DNA of 56,526 bases, counting the filler, from Dugesia japonica (lineage: Eukaryota), in the NCBI GenBank assembly GCA_001938525.1. It is 4 parts of 4 records of this genome, joined end to end, with 100 filler letters (N's around TTAATTAATTAA, not from the genome) between each part and the next. Parts side by side here need not be neighbours in the genome. Positions count along the whole stretch, not along the records: positions 1 to 24,201 come from MQRL01647637.1; 3 more parts are not named here. The stretch is one strand, 5' to 3'. Under the pieces are notes generated by a model. It saw only the letters and a program-made list of their open reading frames with translations. It did no database searches and was not told the DNA's origin. The translations under genes and the position numbers were made by a program. Positions within the stretch are counted from its first letter, which is position 1; every line of letters starts with the position of its first letter. This document shows, piece after piece, positions 1 to 12,630 of this stretch.

Positions 1-1239
1 ATTACTTTTTAGTTATAATAATTTAATGTAATAATTTAGCTATAAACTATTGGATTAATCAAATCAAACAATATTAAGGAATTTATTATCATTTAATTAT
101 AATAATTATTATTATTATGATTATATTAATTATTCATAATTATCATTATAATAATTTAAATAAAAATAGTTATTTAATTTGATAAGTATTATATATAAAC
201 AAGAGCTTATTGAAAACAATATTCTCAATGCCTAGAAATTAATAGTTTACAAATAGATTTAAAACCAGATGAACAATATATTTTAAAATAATCTTTACAA
301 AATTAGAAACATTAGAATAAGACTGAGTACAATTATTTTATCTTGATCAATAAATATTTCGTGGTTTTAGTATTTTGTGAGTATATTACCAAATGGCAAC
401 ACAATGAATTTAAAGGTTATTACTGTAAAATAAGTCGTTTAAAATAACTTAACTCAGCTAAAAAAAATAGTCAAATATTTATTTAATTTCCTAATTCAAT
501 TTATTCAAATCTTATTTTAATTACAATTTTTGGCAATATTTAAAATTTATTTATCTATATCTATTTTTAACAAATATTCACTAGTTTACTGTAAAGTAAG
601 ATTAATTGCAGGTAAATTTTCTGAGATTTTGACTTTGAATTTTGCAGAGCTTAGAATAAATAAGATATTTAAATAGATAAAATAATTTTTTAAATAAAAA
701 GAATAAAATATTAAATAAGATTTTTTTTATATTTAAATATTAATCTAGTTAAAATGTAATCTCAAATTATTGAGTTTGTTTAATTTATTTGAGAAAAAAA
801 TTATGTTCCTTAATTTTGTATTTCAATAAATATTTTAGAATCAAAAACTCTTGTACATTCAACTATGAGTTTCTTAAACTCATCTAACATTCACATCTAA
901 CTTTTACATACTATATTAGCTACGTTTGCTTATTCTGGAAATTGACACTAACACATCCTTGGTGACATTAGCCTTTTCTCTTGATATCTATAAGGTAGAA
1001 ATTTCAAATAATTAAATGACGACCTTATAAATTATTAATTAAATCGCCTTACAATCTGAAAGAAAATTTTTAATGATCAAATAATTAACTTCATTAATTT
1101 TATGAGTTCGTTAACCCACAAAATTACGTACTTTAACTTTAAAACATACTTCACATACATATATCACGTTAATACATATGCAAATTATCAAGCAAACAAC
1201 TGATGTATATAATTATATAATTGATTTCTAGATTAATTT

Positions 1240-1353
1240 AGTTAAATCAAGAATCTTAATTTCCATAACAAGTTTATTTCAAAAGTTCAAAGTATAAATG
1301 AGTCTTAAAAAACAATATTTAAAAAAATATTCGGTATTTTAAAATATTTAACT
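1240..1353 (-). repeat. 3' LTR of gypsy element (114 bp)
   Basis: Aligns with 5535-5647. Preceded on the minus strand by the polypurine tract GAGGAAGAGA (1354-1363). Confidence 0.9.
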
Positions 1354-1359
1354 TCTCTT

Positions 1360-4300
1360 CCTCATTTTAGAATCAGCATATCTTTAACCCCTTGATTCTT
1401 CAAAATCTGGAATCTTGTGAAATTTCTAACCGAACTTGGTGAGGTGTAAGAAATTCAGTAATTTTATATGGACCTTCATAGAGTAAATCATCCTTCTTCT
1501 GTTTCTAAGGATCTTTTCTTACTAACATGTCTTCACCCACTTCGAATTTGCAACCAACACGGTTTTTTCCTTTATTTATCTTTGTCTGCGATGCTCGTTT
1601 AATATTATCGTAAGCTTTATTTATAGTTTCATTCTCTCTGAAGTTGTGTTCTTTATTTGTGTGAATATTTATCTATAAATGATTTCCATTGGTGAGAATC
1701 CCGTTGACTTTAATACAGTACAATTGAATGCAAACTCTACTTTAGGAAGAATCTCATCCCAATATTGTTCCTCCTCTCCTGCTTTTATTGAAGTCATTAT
1801 CAGGTCTCGAACTGTTCTGATTGCTTGTTCAGCTAATCCATTAGATTTATGTTTATATGGAGACGTAAAGATCTATGAAATATTAAACTTACTAGCTAGA
1901 TTTTGTAATAATATTCCTTTAAATATATTACCACGGTCTGACTATATTTTTTGTGGTTTTCCAAATATATAAAGCCAGTGGTTTAGTAAAGTGCTTTTAC
2001 AGCAGTTTCATTTTGATTGTTTGTTGCAGTAAGACTAATCATTGTACTAAATTGATCGATGCTAACAATCATATATCTTTTATTTGATCAACCAATATTC
2101 ATATATGCTATATCCATAACAGTTTGTTCCATAAGATTACTTATTTTGCGCGAAATAAATTTATCTTAAACCTTTTCACTACTTATTTTCCTTTGCATGC
2201 AAAATTGACCTTTTCGTATGATATTTTGAATATCTCTTATCATATTTGGTCAGAAAAAATAATCTGATACATATTTTATAGTTTTCTTCATTCCAATATG
2301 ACATAAATCTTTGTGTACTTTATTAAAAAATTCGTTATTTCATTTGGTGGTACTGGAATCTTACAAACTCCATCACGTTCAATGCTTATCAAATCATCTT
2401 CTACAAATAAATGACTCAAGTACTTTCTGTACATTGATTCGTTTAGATCTTTAAGAATCTCTTTGTCTTCTCCAGAGAGGTACTTTTTCACTTTAATAAA
2501 CAATTCATTTCTATTAAATCTGTTAATATAGCTATTCACATTGCCTACAGAATCATCTAAAACACTCAAATATTTTATTTTAAACATCTTGACTTTAGCG
2601 TCTACATGTTCGGTTTGACATTGAGGACAATAACTTGAAAGAATACGAGACATACCATCTGCTTTTGCGTGCTGCTCACCTTTCCTATATTTAAGCTCAA
2701 AATCATATTCTGCATATTCGGTTACCCAGGTTTGAAATTGTGGCGTAATTGGTTTATGTGAACGCCTTGTGATTAGATCGTGCTACAAACCTTTCCCCAT
2801 ATAAATAATGACGAAAATGTCTAATAAATTCATATAACACCAACAATTCTTTACGTGTTACGCAATAACCTTTTTCATGAGTATTTAATAGTTTTGAGCC
2901 GTATGAAATTATCACTTCACAACCGTTTTGAATTTGGCTGAATACTGCACTGATCCCACTAAAGCTAGAATCAGTATCCAATATGAATTGGTGGCTTGAA
3001 TCCAGAAAACCTAATATTGACGCAGTACATAAAGTTTGTTTAATCTCATCTAAGCTTGTTTTGCACTCTTCAATCATTGGATTTCTCGCTTATGGCTTTT
3101 TGTTGCAGCATATAATGGTTTGCAAGTAACGAAAAATTCCTAGCAAACTTCTTTTAATAGTTTGCCATGCCTAAAAAGGAATGCAATTGTTCATTGCGTT
3201 TTGGTATTTCTGCTTTTGCAATTTCTAAGACTTTCTCTGAATTAGGTCTTTGCTAACTGTATGACCCAAAAATAACAGTTCACTTTCATAAAATTCACAT
3301 TTATTTGGATTGATTTTGAGATTTTAATTCTGAATTCTTTGAAATACATTTTCAAGTATTTTATCATGTTCTGATCGACGTTTTGCAAATATTAAAATAT
3401 CTTCAATATATACAACTACACCTTTAAATAAAATTCTATTAAAATTGAGTACATCAATTTCTGAAATGTAGCTGGAGCAGTTGATAACCCAAATGGCATA
3501 AGATTGTAGCAATATTTTCCCTTCTTTGTTGAAAATGCCGTTTTAATCTTACCTTCTTTGTTTAATTCTACTTGATAATATGCTTGTCCCACATTCAACG
3601 TTGGAAATATTGTACAATTACAAAGGTGATCAAACAAAGGTTTTTGGATCTGGCATTGGGAATGAAAGGTTTTTGTAGAATTATTCAACATTCTAAAGTC
3701 TTGGCACATTCTGATCGCGCCATTTTTTTAACCAACAATTACCATCAGAAAATTCCAATCACTTCTGCATTTTTGATAATATCACTGTCTATCAGTTGCT
3801 CAAACAATTCATCAATCTTCTGTTCAAGATGTATTGGTTGACTTCGAGGATGTTGTAGGTTAGGGTCACCGACTGTTGGAATGAAATGTTGTACAACATG
3901 TGTTTTCCAAGATCAAAAGTATCTCCCATAAATATATTTGAAAACTTTAGACGCATTTCTTTAACATCATTATCTTTTGGTTTAAATGCTGCTAAGGCTG
4001 CTTTAAAACGACCATTATCAGTGAATTTGCTGTTAATGTTATCTGCGTCCAATACATTAAGCATTTTTAATTGAATATTAAATGCATTAAACAAATCAAT
4101 TCCACTAACAAATTCTGGATTTATGCCATCAACAATCACAATATAAACAATTTTCTTTACATTTAGAAATTCTGTTTCAACTTTTCCAGTTCCTGAAGAA
4201 TTCACTGCTTTTTTTGAAAATGCACCACTTAATTTAATATTGCATTTATTCAATGGAAAAGATCCGCACTCTCTCCGTAACTTTGTTTGCATCACAAGTA

Positions 4301-4360
4301 TTGAAAATCTTGTATCCGACAACATTTCAACCATTGTACTTCTATGTTTGACCATCCTCC
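1360..4360 (-). pseudogene. gypsy pol pseudogene (PR-RT-RNaseH-IN), multiple stops and frameshifts
   Basis: ORF fragments 3792-4355, 3416-3709, 3324-3512, 2754-3077 and 2288-2653. Integrase motifs (GLAEQAIRTVRDL, LYEGPYKI) lie in 1450-2200. Confidence 0.9.
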
Positions 4361-4439
4361 AAATTATTCCATCATTCTTCTAATACATATCACAATTCCG
4401 ATTTTCAGTTTGTATTATATTGACTCCACCGACGAAATT

Positions 4440-5460
4440 GAAACAATGGGGTCTCTGTCGTTAAGCTAACATCATGATTGATCATCTTTAAATCTTTATT
4501 TCTTTCATCTACATTGCCGTCTTCTTCTGAAATGCATTTCACACAATTATTGTTATGATAAATCTTTTTTCCAAGTAATCAGCAGTTTCTAAAACTGTGA
4601 CCCGTTTTACCAAAAATTAGGCAACATGATTTCAGAGGGCAGTTATTACGTATGTGACCCATCAAACCACAGCAAAAATATGAGCCTTTTTTAATTGTTT
4701 AGTGAAGGAAGTTTTTTTGATCTATTGTAGAATTTCCTTGAAAAAAACCTCATGGAAACTGTTGATATATTTCTAAATTGACCTTCTCTACTGTTTTTGG
4801 AATCATTAAATTCTTCAGCAATTGGAACTTCCTTTTCAATTTCATTACTTTTAGGTTTATAATAGCTAGAACCTTTTAAATCAGTTTTCTTAATTCTGGG
4901 ATTGTAACTTGCAGCTGCCACTTCTCAGTAAGTCAACTTATTTATATGTGATCAACTAAAATTTTATTCGTTCTTCTTAAAAGTTTCAGACAACTTTCTC
5001 ATTTCAACCGGCCTTATTTCTGGTTTAAGAGCAAATCATTTTCTTAGCTCTTCGGAACCATCTCTTTTCTTGATTATTTGCTGAGGAATTTCCTCCACAG
5101 TCATTGCTAATTCAAATATTTCTTTGACTGATCTCAAAACTCTTAATTCAACGTTTTCGAAACGTTCATTTTCTTTTTGTCGAATTCCACTACATTCTTC
5201 AATAATTCGGAGAAATGACTTTTTTTTATAAATTTTCCTTTAAAACATTCGCTAGCCATTTTATGGTTAACATTCTGCCTGCTTTTAAATGCTTGCCATA
5301 AATCTTTTGCATCACCGTCTAATAAAAAAAATCAAAGTTGATAATAAATCAAAACTGTTTGATTCTGCAAAAACTGAAATTTCATTCAACCATTTTGCTG
5401 GGTCTTTGTCATAATTCCCAGAGAATTTCGTGTTTCTAGAGGTTAATAATTCCCTAGACT
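4440..5460 (-). pseudogene. gypsy gag pseudogene with a degenerate CCHC knuckle
   Basis: Minus strand ~4640-4682 reads YFCCGLMGHIRNNC. It lies between the PBS and the protease. Confidence 0.7.
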
Positions 5461-5520
5461 CTTTAGATAAAGCTTCTTTGATTCTTTTTGCTTTGGTTTC
5501 CTGGTTCGGAGAAATTGTGT

Positions 5521-5535
5521 TCAGCTGGATCGCCA
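5521..5535 (-). promoter_or_regulatory. Primer-binding site (TGGCGATCCAGC; likely tRNA-Arg), overlapping the LTR by 1 nt
   Basis: Plus strand gctggatcgcca resembles an invertebrate tRNA-Arg 3' end (..GGATCGCCA). Its last A is the first base of the LTR AGTT. Confidence 0.75.
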
Positions 5536-5647
5536 GTTAAATCAAAAGTCTTAATTTCCATAACAAGTTTATTTAATAAGTTCAAATTATAACTGAATCT
5601 TAAAAAACAATATTTAAACAAATATTCAGTTTTTTATTTTTTCAACT
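5535..5647 (-). repeat. 5' LTR of gypsy element (113 bp)
   Basis: Aligns with 1240-1353 and abuts the PBS. Confidence 0.9.
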
Positions 5648-7089
5648 AATTTAATAATTACATTAACAGTATTTATTTGCAAGAGTCTCTTAATTCTATT
5701 ACTACAGTGAATTGCCTTTACTATCACCCCAACATTTGTTGGTCATAATCTTTATTCCATTTTCGATCATTTACAGACCAATAAAAATTATCCCAAAGCC
5801 CTCTTACATGCAAAACCAGACGCATTTTTTCTATCAATCAACGTGAAACCTCCATATCTGAGTATTTTTTATGCTAACATTTACCTGTCATACGGATTTC
5901 TGTTCGTCGATAAAGTTTCACTCATTTTTGAAGACTGCAAGAGACAGTAATATTATCGTCAAAATTTTCAGTTTCATCCTGCAATTAAGCTCTAGTTTCT
6001 GAAATTTAAAGTTTTACATTCTATTCAACATGTTTTATCGAACTGAGCTCATACAAGGACATTCATGTGAGTTTTGTGAAGTTATTTGTGATGTTTCTCT
6101 ATTAGGGCTTTAGCTTGCTGCCTTATTTTAATATAATTTGTGAAAATTTTAATTACTTTCCTTTTAATGCTTTGAATATCCTTTTTATAACTTTTCTTAA
6201 ACCTAATACTTTTATAATTCATCACTATTATACTTTAAACTTTTGTTTATAGTTCATAAATTTCTATCGAAATACCAGAAAATCCTTTAATTTTCAAGAT
6301 GGCAAAATATATTGAATGTCTCAAGGATATCAACTAGCAGGACTTCAATCGTAACAATACGATTAATAACTTTGGGTGTTTGATAACCCAAACTAACCAA
6401 CGATTAAGTGCATCTGGTAATTTGGATTAAGGATCTATAAGTGGACTTTGAGTTTCCTTTTGACGATATAATGCTCATTACTCCATGCTAATAAGTTTGC
6501 AGAAGGCTTCTAAGAGAGGTTGAAAAGACTCATGTGCTTTCCACTAAAACATAAAAACCCAAGATCGAGATAGTAGACTCTTTCTTGAACTTGAAATGCA
6601 TAAGGTTATATCTAACCAAACATGACCCAGGCTCAGACGACACTTGCTTATTGATGCATTAACAAGCTTTAAGCCACTTAACTTCAAGATCAAAACGAAA
6701 TCGTAAGCATCTAACCTAGTATGAGCGTTGAATACATGAATCAAAGCTTTTAATATTTAGATTATACCACATCTTTATTCCAATCCTTATAGGTTATCAT
6801 ATTTAAATTGAATAAATTTTAATTAATGTAAAATTAATTTTTTTAAAACTAGACTTTAATAATTTGCTCAACAATTTAAATAATGAAAAAATTAAATAAT
6901 TATAATTTATTTAAATCCTTTTCAACAAGTTCTAAATTCGTTATATATCTCATTTATTTATGAATATGTAGATATTTAAAGTACATCAAAAAACTAGTAA
7001 TTTGACGAGGTTCATGTTAATAAATCAATTAAAAAATAATTGATTAAATTAATAAAAAATTCTCAGAAAAAATTATATCAATACAGAGA

Positions 7090-8874
7090 TTAATTAGCAT
7101 TTTCACTGAAAGTTATTAATTCGACTTTTTTAGCTACATTCAATGTTCGATTAGTATCAAGAAGATTCTCTGGCTGACTGCAAACAGTAGCTATAAAAAT
7201 ACACTTTGCATTACCCATTAAAGATGGTTTAAGGAGATGTGTTAATTTGGAATCTCTATAAGGTATTACAGGAAGTTTTTTATACAAAGCATCTAATACT
7301 CGACTTAAAATAGTAATTGATTTATTAATATATTTTGATTCTGCTTGCTCTTTATCTGTTAATCCATCAATTTGTTCTGATCCCGCTAAATCACAAAGCA
7401 TTAAAACACCTCTATTACTAGTTTCACAAAGATTCTTCGTAGTACCACAAATCCTAACCATTACTAGAAAATGAGACCTTGAACTATTAACATTTTTCGA
7501 AGTTCCAGATGGTGTTCTTTGTTTCATACTTTTACTTATGTAATATTCTAACTCTTTCATGTTACTAATTTCCGCTTCAGAAACATTTTTAATTTGAACA
7601 GAATGACCGTTGTCTTGAATAAACACTTTGGATTTCGGAATAACAGTTTTATTATCTCCAATACTATTTAATAAATCGTAAATGCTTTCGTTATAAACTT
7701 CTAAAATACTTAAATAAAATTTATAAATCGTTGTTGAGGTATCTTCCGAAATTTTCAACAACTCTTTCATTGACAATAGAATCACACCAGGATCATCATT
7801 TTTTCCAAGCATTGTGTGTGTTTTACCACTTCCTGATTGGCCATATGTCAAAACACACACATTATATCCAGTAAAACAAAACTTTAAAATTGGACTAATC
7901 TCATTGAAAATATCTTGTTGAGAAGCATTCGCACAATAAACTTTATTTAAACTATAACCAATTCCTTTATCAAAATGTCTAAATGGTGGTAGAAAAATGG
8001 TACTACTCGTCGGTACACTTAAACAGTTATCAATGTCGGGTTTAATTCTGCAAATTACTTTGATATTATTCGTTCCATTTTTCGATTTTTCATTTACTTT
8101 TACTAATGGACACGGTAGTGGTGGCACTTGACCTATAGATGTGTTAAGATCTTTCAATTTATTAATTAAACTATTGTTTCTATCATTTCCTATGCTTTTC
8201 GATTTTTGTGAAATAATAAAATCGTTTAATTTTCTAGGAATACTTTGTAAAATATCAAAAAGAACTTTAATTTTTTTATCTTTTTCCACATTTTCCAATT
8301 GTAAATTTTTTATTTTTGATGCCAAATCGGAATTAAGTTTCTGTAATTCTTCAGCATTTGGTGATGATTGATTAGACTTGGCTTCTTCTTTTGATTTTAA
8401 ATTTCGAATCGTTTGATTTTCTATATGTAATTTATCAATTTCATTTTTTAACCGATTAGTTATTTGTAGAAGATTTTTATTTTCTTCAATCAAATTAAGG
8501 ATTTTTTCACTGCGATCATTTGAACTTAAATCTCCTTTATGTACATGAAGAAAGTCTTTAGTGATTATTTCTGGCTCAACACTTTCGTATGATTCTATAT
8601 CAATTTCTTTGTCTTCAATTGGAAATATTTGTTGAACATAAGTTCCTTCAAATTGATCGTCTTCACTAAATTCCATTTCTTCTTCTTCTAAAATATTTAC
8701 ATCCATTATATCCACAGATGTTTCTTTGCCGCATGTATGCATAATAGGTTTACCTTTTTTAATGATGTCATATAGATCTTTTCGGCCATTTGATGTATTA
8801 ACAAAATTGTATTTTGCATTTGATTTGTCCAATTTACGAAATTTGAATTGTTTGGCTTTTGATATCGAATTCAT
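7090..8874 (-). CDS. C-terminal motor kinesin (kinesin-14 / KIFC-like), 594 aa, single exon as visible
   Basis: Coiled-coil middle region followed by a motor domain: NIKVICRIKP, P-loop YGQSGSGKTHTM, LEVYNE, switch I NSSRSH, switch II DLAGSE, IPYRDSKLTHLL. The ORF is uninterrupted; the true 5' end is uncertain. Confidence 0.92.
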   Translation of the reverse strand: MNSISKAKQFKFRKLDKSNAKYNFVNTSNGRKDLYDIIKKGKPIMHTCGKETSVDIMDVNILEEEEMEFSEDDQFEGTYVQQIFPIEDKEIDIESYESVEPEIITKDFLHVHKGDLSSNDRSEKILNLIEENKNLLQITNRLKNEIDKLHIENQTIRNLKSKEEAKSNQSSPNAEELQKLNSDLASKIKNLQLENVEKDKKIKVLFDILQSIPRKLNDFIISQKSKSIGNDRNNSLINKLKDLNTSIGQVPPLPCPLVKVNEKSKNGTNNIKVICRIKPDIDNCLSVPTSSTIFLPPFRHFDKGIGYSLNKVYCANASQQDIFNEISPILKFCFTGYNVCVLTYGQSGSGKTHTMLGKNDDPGVILLSMKELLKISEDTSTTIYKFYLSILEVYNESIYDLLNSIGDNKTVIPKSKVFIQDNGHSVQIKNVSEAEISNMKELEYYISKSMKQRTPSGTSKNVNSSRSHFLVMVRICGTTKNLCETSNRGVLMLCDLAGSEQIDGLTDKEQAESKYINKSITILSRVLDALYKKLPVIPYRDSKLTHLLKPSLMGNAKCIFIATVCSQPENLLDTNRTLNVAKKVELITFSENAN

Positions 8875-9414
8875 TGGATAATATAAATTCCATTAATATG
8901 ATGCTAATATTCCATTGAAAGTCATTTATTTTTAATTGATTTTTTATATTATCAATATCCAAATGATATGAACGGCGAATTATTTTTGGAAAAGTATTTA
9001 AAATGTTTTTCAATTTAGGAAGTTTATATTCATTTTCCAACTGTCGGAATTTAATTATTTTTTTTTAAAAAAATAATAATTTTCACAACATTAAAGTAAA
9101 ACAGAAGCAGAGTTTTAGTAATAGTGTTTCATTTATTAATTAATATTGAATAACTTTGGTACGAAATTAGTTTTACGATTTACAAAACATTTTCACATGT
9201 TTTTCAAATGATTCAAAATTCAATTGGAATAAAATGTATTTGACTGAATAATTATTAGTGATTTTTAATGCTATTTCTTAAATTACTTTCAATTACGATT
9301 AATGTGATAAATGTTATTGATTCATTCTACTATGAAAACATTTTAAAAATACAAAAAATGATTGGAAGTATTAACTCTATTTTATTCATAATAGTTGGAC
9401 TTGATTTTAGTGTA

Positions 9415-10729
9415 TAGAAAATACGCAAAGAAATATCCGATCACCTAAAATTTCATAGAATTTTTTAAATTTAGGATGGTTGATTTCATCCCATTATCCA
9501 AATATGAGTTCCGTTCATATATTTTCTGTTTAATGAATAATCTGTTTGTTTATCTGATTCAATTCTTAAGTCGAGTAATTAAAATAAGTAATCATTTTTA
9601 TAGTTTTATAATGTAAATTAAAAAAGTTTAGATAGGGCAGTTAGATGAAATTATATCAATAATAAAGTTAAATAATTTTCAAAAAGGACAGATTGTGGCA
9701 TATGCAGATTGTAGATAATCTGGGAGACAAACTGCATAGAAAATTGGGAGAGTTCAATCGACAGTCACTAAATTTCATCAAGATTACAAGTCGACTTCGA
9801 ACTATGAACGTAAAGTTGGTAGTGGAAGAAAAAGAAAAACACCCAAATACCGATGATTGAAATATTGTGTCTGTGATAATAAATGCTCTTACCATTTGAC
9901 CGAAACAAATCAAAAGGGATTTAAAATCTGAATATTTCTCCACAAACTATTTGCAACAGATTACACAAAACTGGATATTATTTGCATTTTCAAGTTAGAA
10001 AACCTTTTTTGTCTATTATTAATCAACAAAACGATTGACATGGTCAAAAGAGCATCTAAGTCGGAGTATGGAAGAATTTAAAAAGTTAATATGGTCAATT
10101 GAATCCTATAAATGTTACGGTTTCAGCACTCAAAAAGCTTTTGGAGACTTCAAAATAAGTGTAATTCTAAATCATGCATGACAGAAACAGTCAAACAAAA
10201 TGAAAAAATAATGCTCTGGAAATTCTTTGCCTCTCATTGTGTTGGAAGTCTTTGTACGTTAAAAGTAACAATGGACAAATAACAATATCGTCAAATATTA
10301 ATTAAACAAATGCTACATTCAGCAAAACAATTGTTCCCAAATGGTAATTACATTTTCTAGCATGACAACAATCCGAAACTCAAAGCGAAACTTTTTCAAA
10401 AATATTTGGAGAGGGAAATTATTAAAACTTTGTACTGACCATCTCAAAGTCTAGATTTGAATTCTATTGAAAGCATATGGATTTTTCTGAATAAGCAAAT
10501 GACAGACANAAATCCACAAAGNAAAAATGTATTATTTTAAATTTTAGAAATTGTGTGGAAAAACTTACCAACAACTTTTCTCACGAACCTTGTTAAAAGC
10601 ATGCCACACAGATACCAAGCGGTTATAAACAATAACGGAATGCCAACAAAATATTAAAATTTATTTTTAATAGATTGTTTCAAGATTTTTGTATTATTTT
10701 GGAAGTGATCGGATTTTTTGCGTATTGTA
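9415..10729 (+). mobile_element. Decayed Tc1-family transposon
   Basis: Imperfect TIRs (..AATACGCAAAGAAATATCCGATCAC at ~9420-9444; GTGATCGGATTTTTTGCGTATTG at 10705-10727) flanked by TA. Broken transposase motifs SGRKRK, F*HDNNPK, *PSQSLDLNSIESIW, SMPHRYQAVI..G.PTKY*. Confidence 0.9.
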
Positions 10730-10889
10730 TACAAAATACAAATAAATGTAGAATTTTTTAGTTTTTTTAGATACTGTATTAACTTCTAAATAGTTGATAT
10801 GAATTATTATATGGGATGAAAATGCATATTTTGAAAAACGAAAATAAAACATTACATAATACACAATCTAGAAAATCTTTCAACCACTC

Positions 10890-11398
10890 GATGTTCCTTA
10901 TCTATTTTTGTTATCGTGCATTATTTTAAAGATCTTCAATGGTCCTTCGTATCTATCATCACCTTTATTTATAATACATTTAATTATAACATCATCTTTT
11001 ACATTAAAAATCGTTTGGTTTTCACTTTAACTGTTTTTACTCTGTTTCTTGTAGAATTGTTTTTTAAATCTCCTCTCTTTTCTTCGTAATGTTTGAATCA
11101 TCTTGTGTCATCCAAGTTTTCTGAATCCGTCTACCAAAAATTCTTTACACCTGGCTAAAATCCGTTGTTTTTTAGATCATTGTGCTTAAAGTGAAAAATT
11201 ACTCTCGAATTAATTCTGTTCAAGTTTTATGGTTTCTTTCTTTCAAAGTTGCACAAATGTAATCCCGTATCGTCCGAAACTGTCGTTTGATAATGTTATT
11301 AGTGACATGGACTAGAATAATTTAGTCAGATGTATTTGATAATTTCCTTTCAGCGGTTCACATCAATCTGTAAAAATCGATTGAAAAGAAAATTCAGC
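10890..11398 (-). pseudogene. Remnant of another gypsy-type integrase, interrupted by the Polinton
   Basis: Minus strand reads IKRQFRTIRDYICATL (~11250-11295) and DDRYEGP (GPY/F-like, ~10940-10960). Confidence 0.55.
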
Positions 11399-11766
11399 AG
11401 TAGTGTAATAAGAGCGCACTGTCTCACTTGCTTTTTTCGCTAGGAGCGCACTGCCTCACATACTTCTTTTTAATTGGTTTTTTTTGTTTAAATGAGTTGA
11501 AATTATTAATTTTGTTTAAATTAAGTGAAAAATTTAAGTAAGTAAAAAAATGATTCTTTGTTTAAATTAATCGAAATAAATGATTATTTGTTTAAATTTA
11601 ATGAAATTATTTATTTTTTAGTATCTTTATGAAAAAGTTATTGAAAAGCTTAGGTTTGTTTAAATTTTAAAAAAATTATTGAATGTGATTTTCCCCGACA
11701 ATATTAACATAAAATATTCCCCGGACAATATTAATATTAATGTTCCTCGGTAATATTAACATTAAT
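11399..11766 (+). repeat. Left TIR of Polinton copy 1
   Basis: Reverse complement of 23776-24124, with internal subrepeats GAGCGCACTGyCTCAC x2, TTGTTTAAAT x5 and AATATTAAyAT x3. Confidence 0.92.
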
Positions 11767-11874
11767 ACATATAAATTTAAAATAAACAAAATTTGATTTA
11801 AATTAATAATCGTTTGTTTTACTGCTTTAATTTGAAACACACATGAAGTTTTATTACACACACATACTTACTAC

Positions 11875-11882
11875 TATATAAA
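11875..11882 (+). promoter_or_regulatory. Candidate TATA box (TATATAAA) of the spliced Polinton orphan gene
   Basis: Canonical sequence 35 nt upstream of the ATG at 11918. The AT-rich background lowers specificity. Confidence 0.5.
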
Positions 11883-11917
11883 GCAAGTCTTTTAATAATA
11901 TTTGCATTATTTTAAAA

Positions 11918-12315
11918 ATGAAATTCATTACGCATACAAAAGATAATTCGTCATCTTGTGAGACCAAATGTGGTAAGCCACAGAATTACTACAAATATGA
12001 AATTAACTTTTTTAAGAAGACTATGATTTATACTCTTCAGGTAATATTATTTTCGTTTACTTTATTAATATTTTGATTTAGAAACCTGTTAAAGTTCAGA
12101 AATGTACATATAGTTTGCTCATTTCTGAAATAAACTTAGATGATCAATCAACGTTGAATGAATTGTTTTCGAGAATCAACAAATTATTAGAAATAATAGA
12201 TACATCATTCATCAACTTGAAGGAAGAGATCCCCTATGAAAATTCGAGTAAATCAATGATTAAAGCAGAAATACTAGGATATAAAAGATTGTTAAACAAT
12301 ATGGCACCGATATGA
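11918..12315 (+). CDS. Predicted two-exon Polinton orphan protein (118 aa)
   Basis: Exon 11918-12040 (MKFITHTKDNSSSCETKCGKP..TLQ), 41-nt intron GTAATA..TTTAG at 12041-12081, and exon 12082-12315 in frame with the listed 66-aa ORF. Confidence 0.6.
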
Positions 12316-12630
12316 AAAGTTAAAAGTATTAAAAAGATAGAATAGATTTGTTATGTTAATAAATATTTTAATCTTTTTTAGGTATCGTATATATACCGCA
12401 TTCATCATGTTCTAAAAATCCATCATCGTCACTGAATATCCATATCTTTGTATTCAATAGTGTAACTCATAATTATAAATTTGATTTATGATCATTTTGT
12501 TTATAAATTTCTATAATTTAAATTTGAATGAGTCATCTTCTTTGTTCATATTTTGCACTGTTCATGCTTCATACATGCAATGTGCATGCTTCATGCATGT
12601 ATTGGTCATGTCTTTTGCATTAATTTAGTT

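Larger units (their letters stand above)
1240..5647 (-). mobile_element. Full-length, decayed Ty3/gypsy LTR retrotransposon
   Basis: Direct repeats at 1240-1353 and 5535-5647, both AGTT...AACT. Identical 5-bp flanks AATTT (1235-1239, 5648-5652). Minus-strand fragments run in the order gag knuckle, protease, RT (MCQDFRMLN, KTAFST, MPFGLSTAPATFQ, YIEDI), RNase H (LDTDSS, TRKELL), integrase. Confidence 0.95.

Noticed and set aside
1679-1972. 97-aa plus-strand ORF (also 3572-3841 and 3886-4074)
   Set aside because: Antisense shadows of the minus-strand gypsy pol.
5900-6780. Slightly GC-richer stretch that might be a retroelement relic
   Set aside because: No convincing motif could be read in any frame.
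12560-12612. CATG-rich palindromic patch (ATACATGCA..TGCATGTAT) downstream of the TBP-like gene
   Set aside because: Short, low complexity, and not evident in copy 2; no function can be supported.
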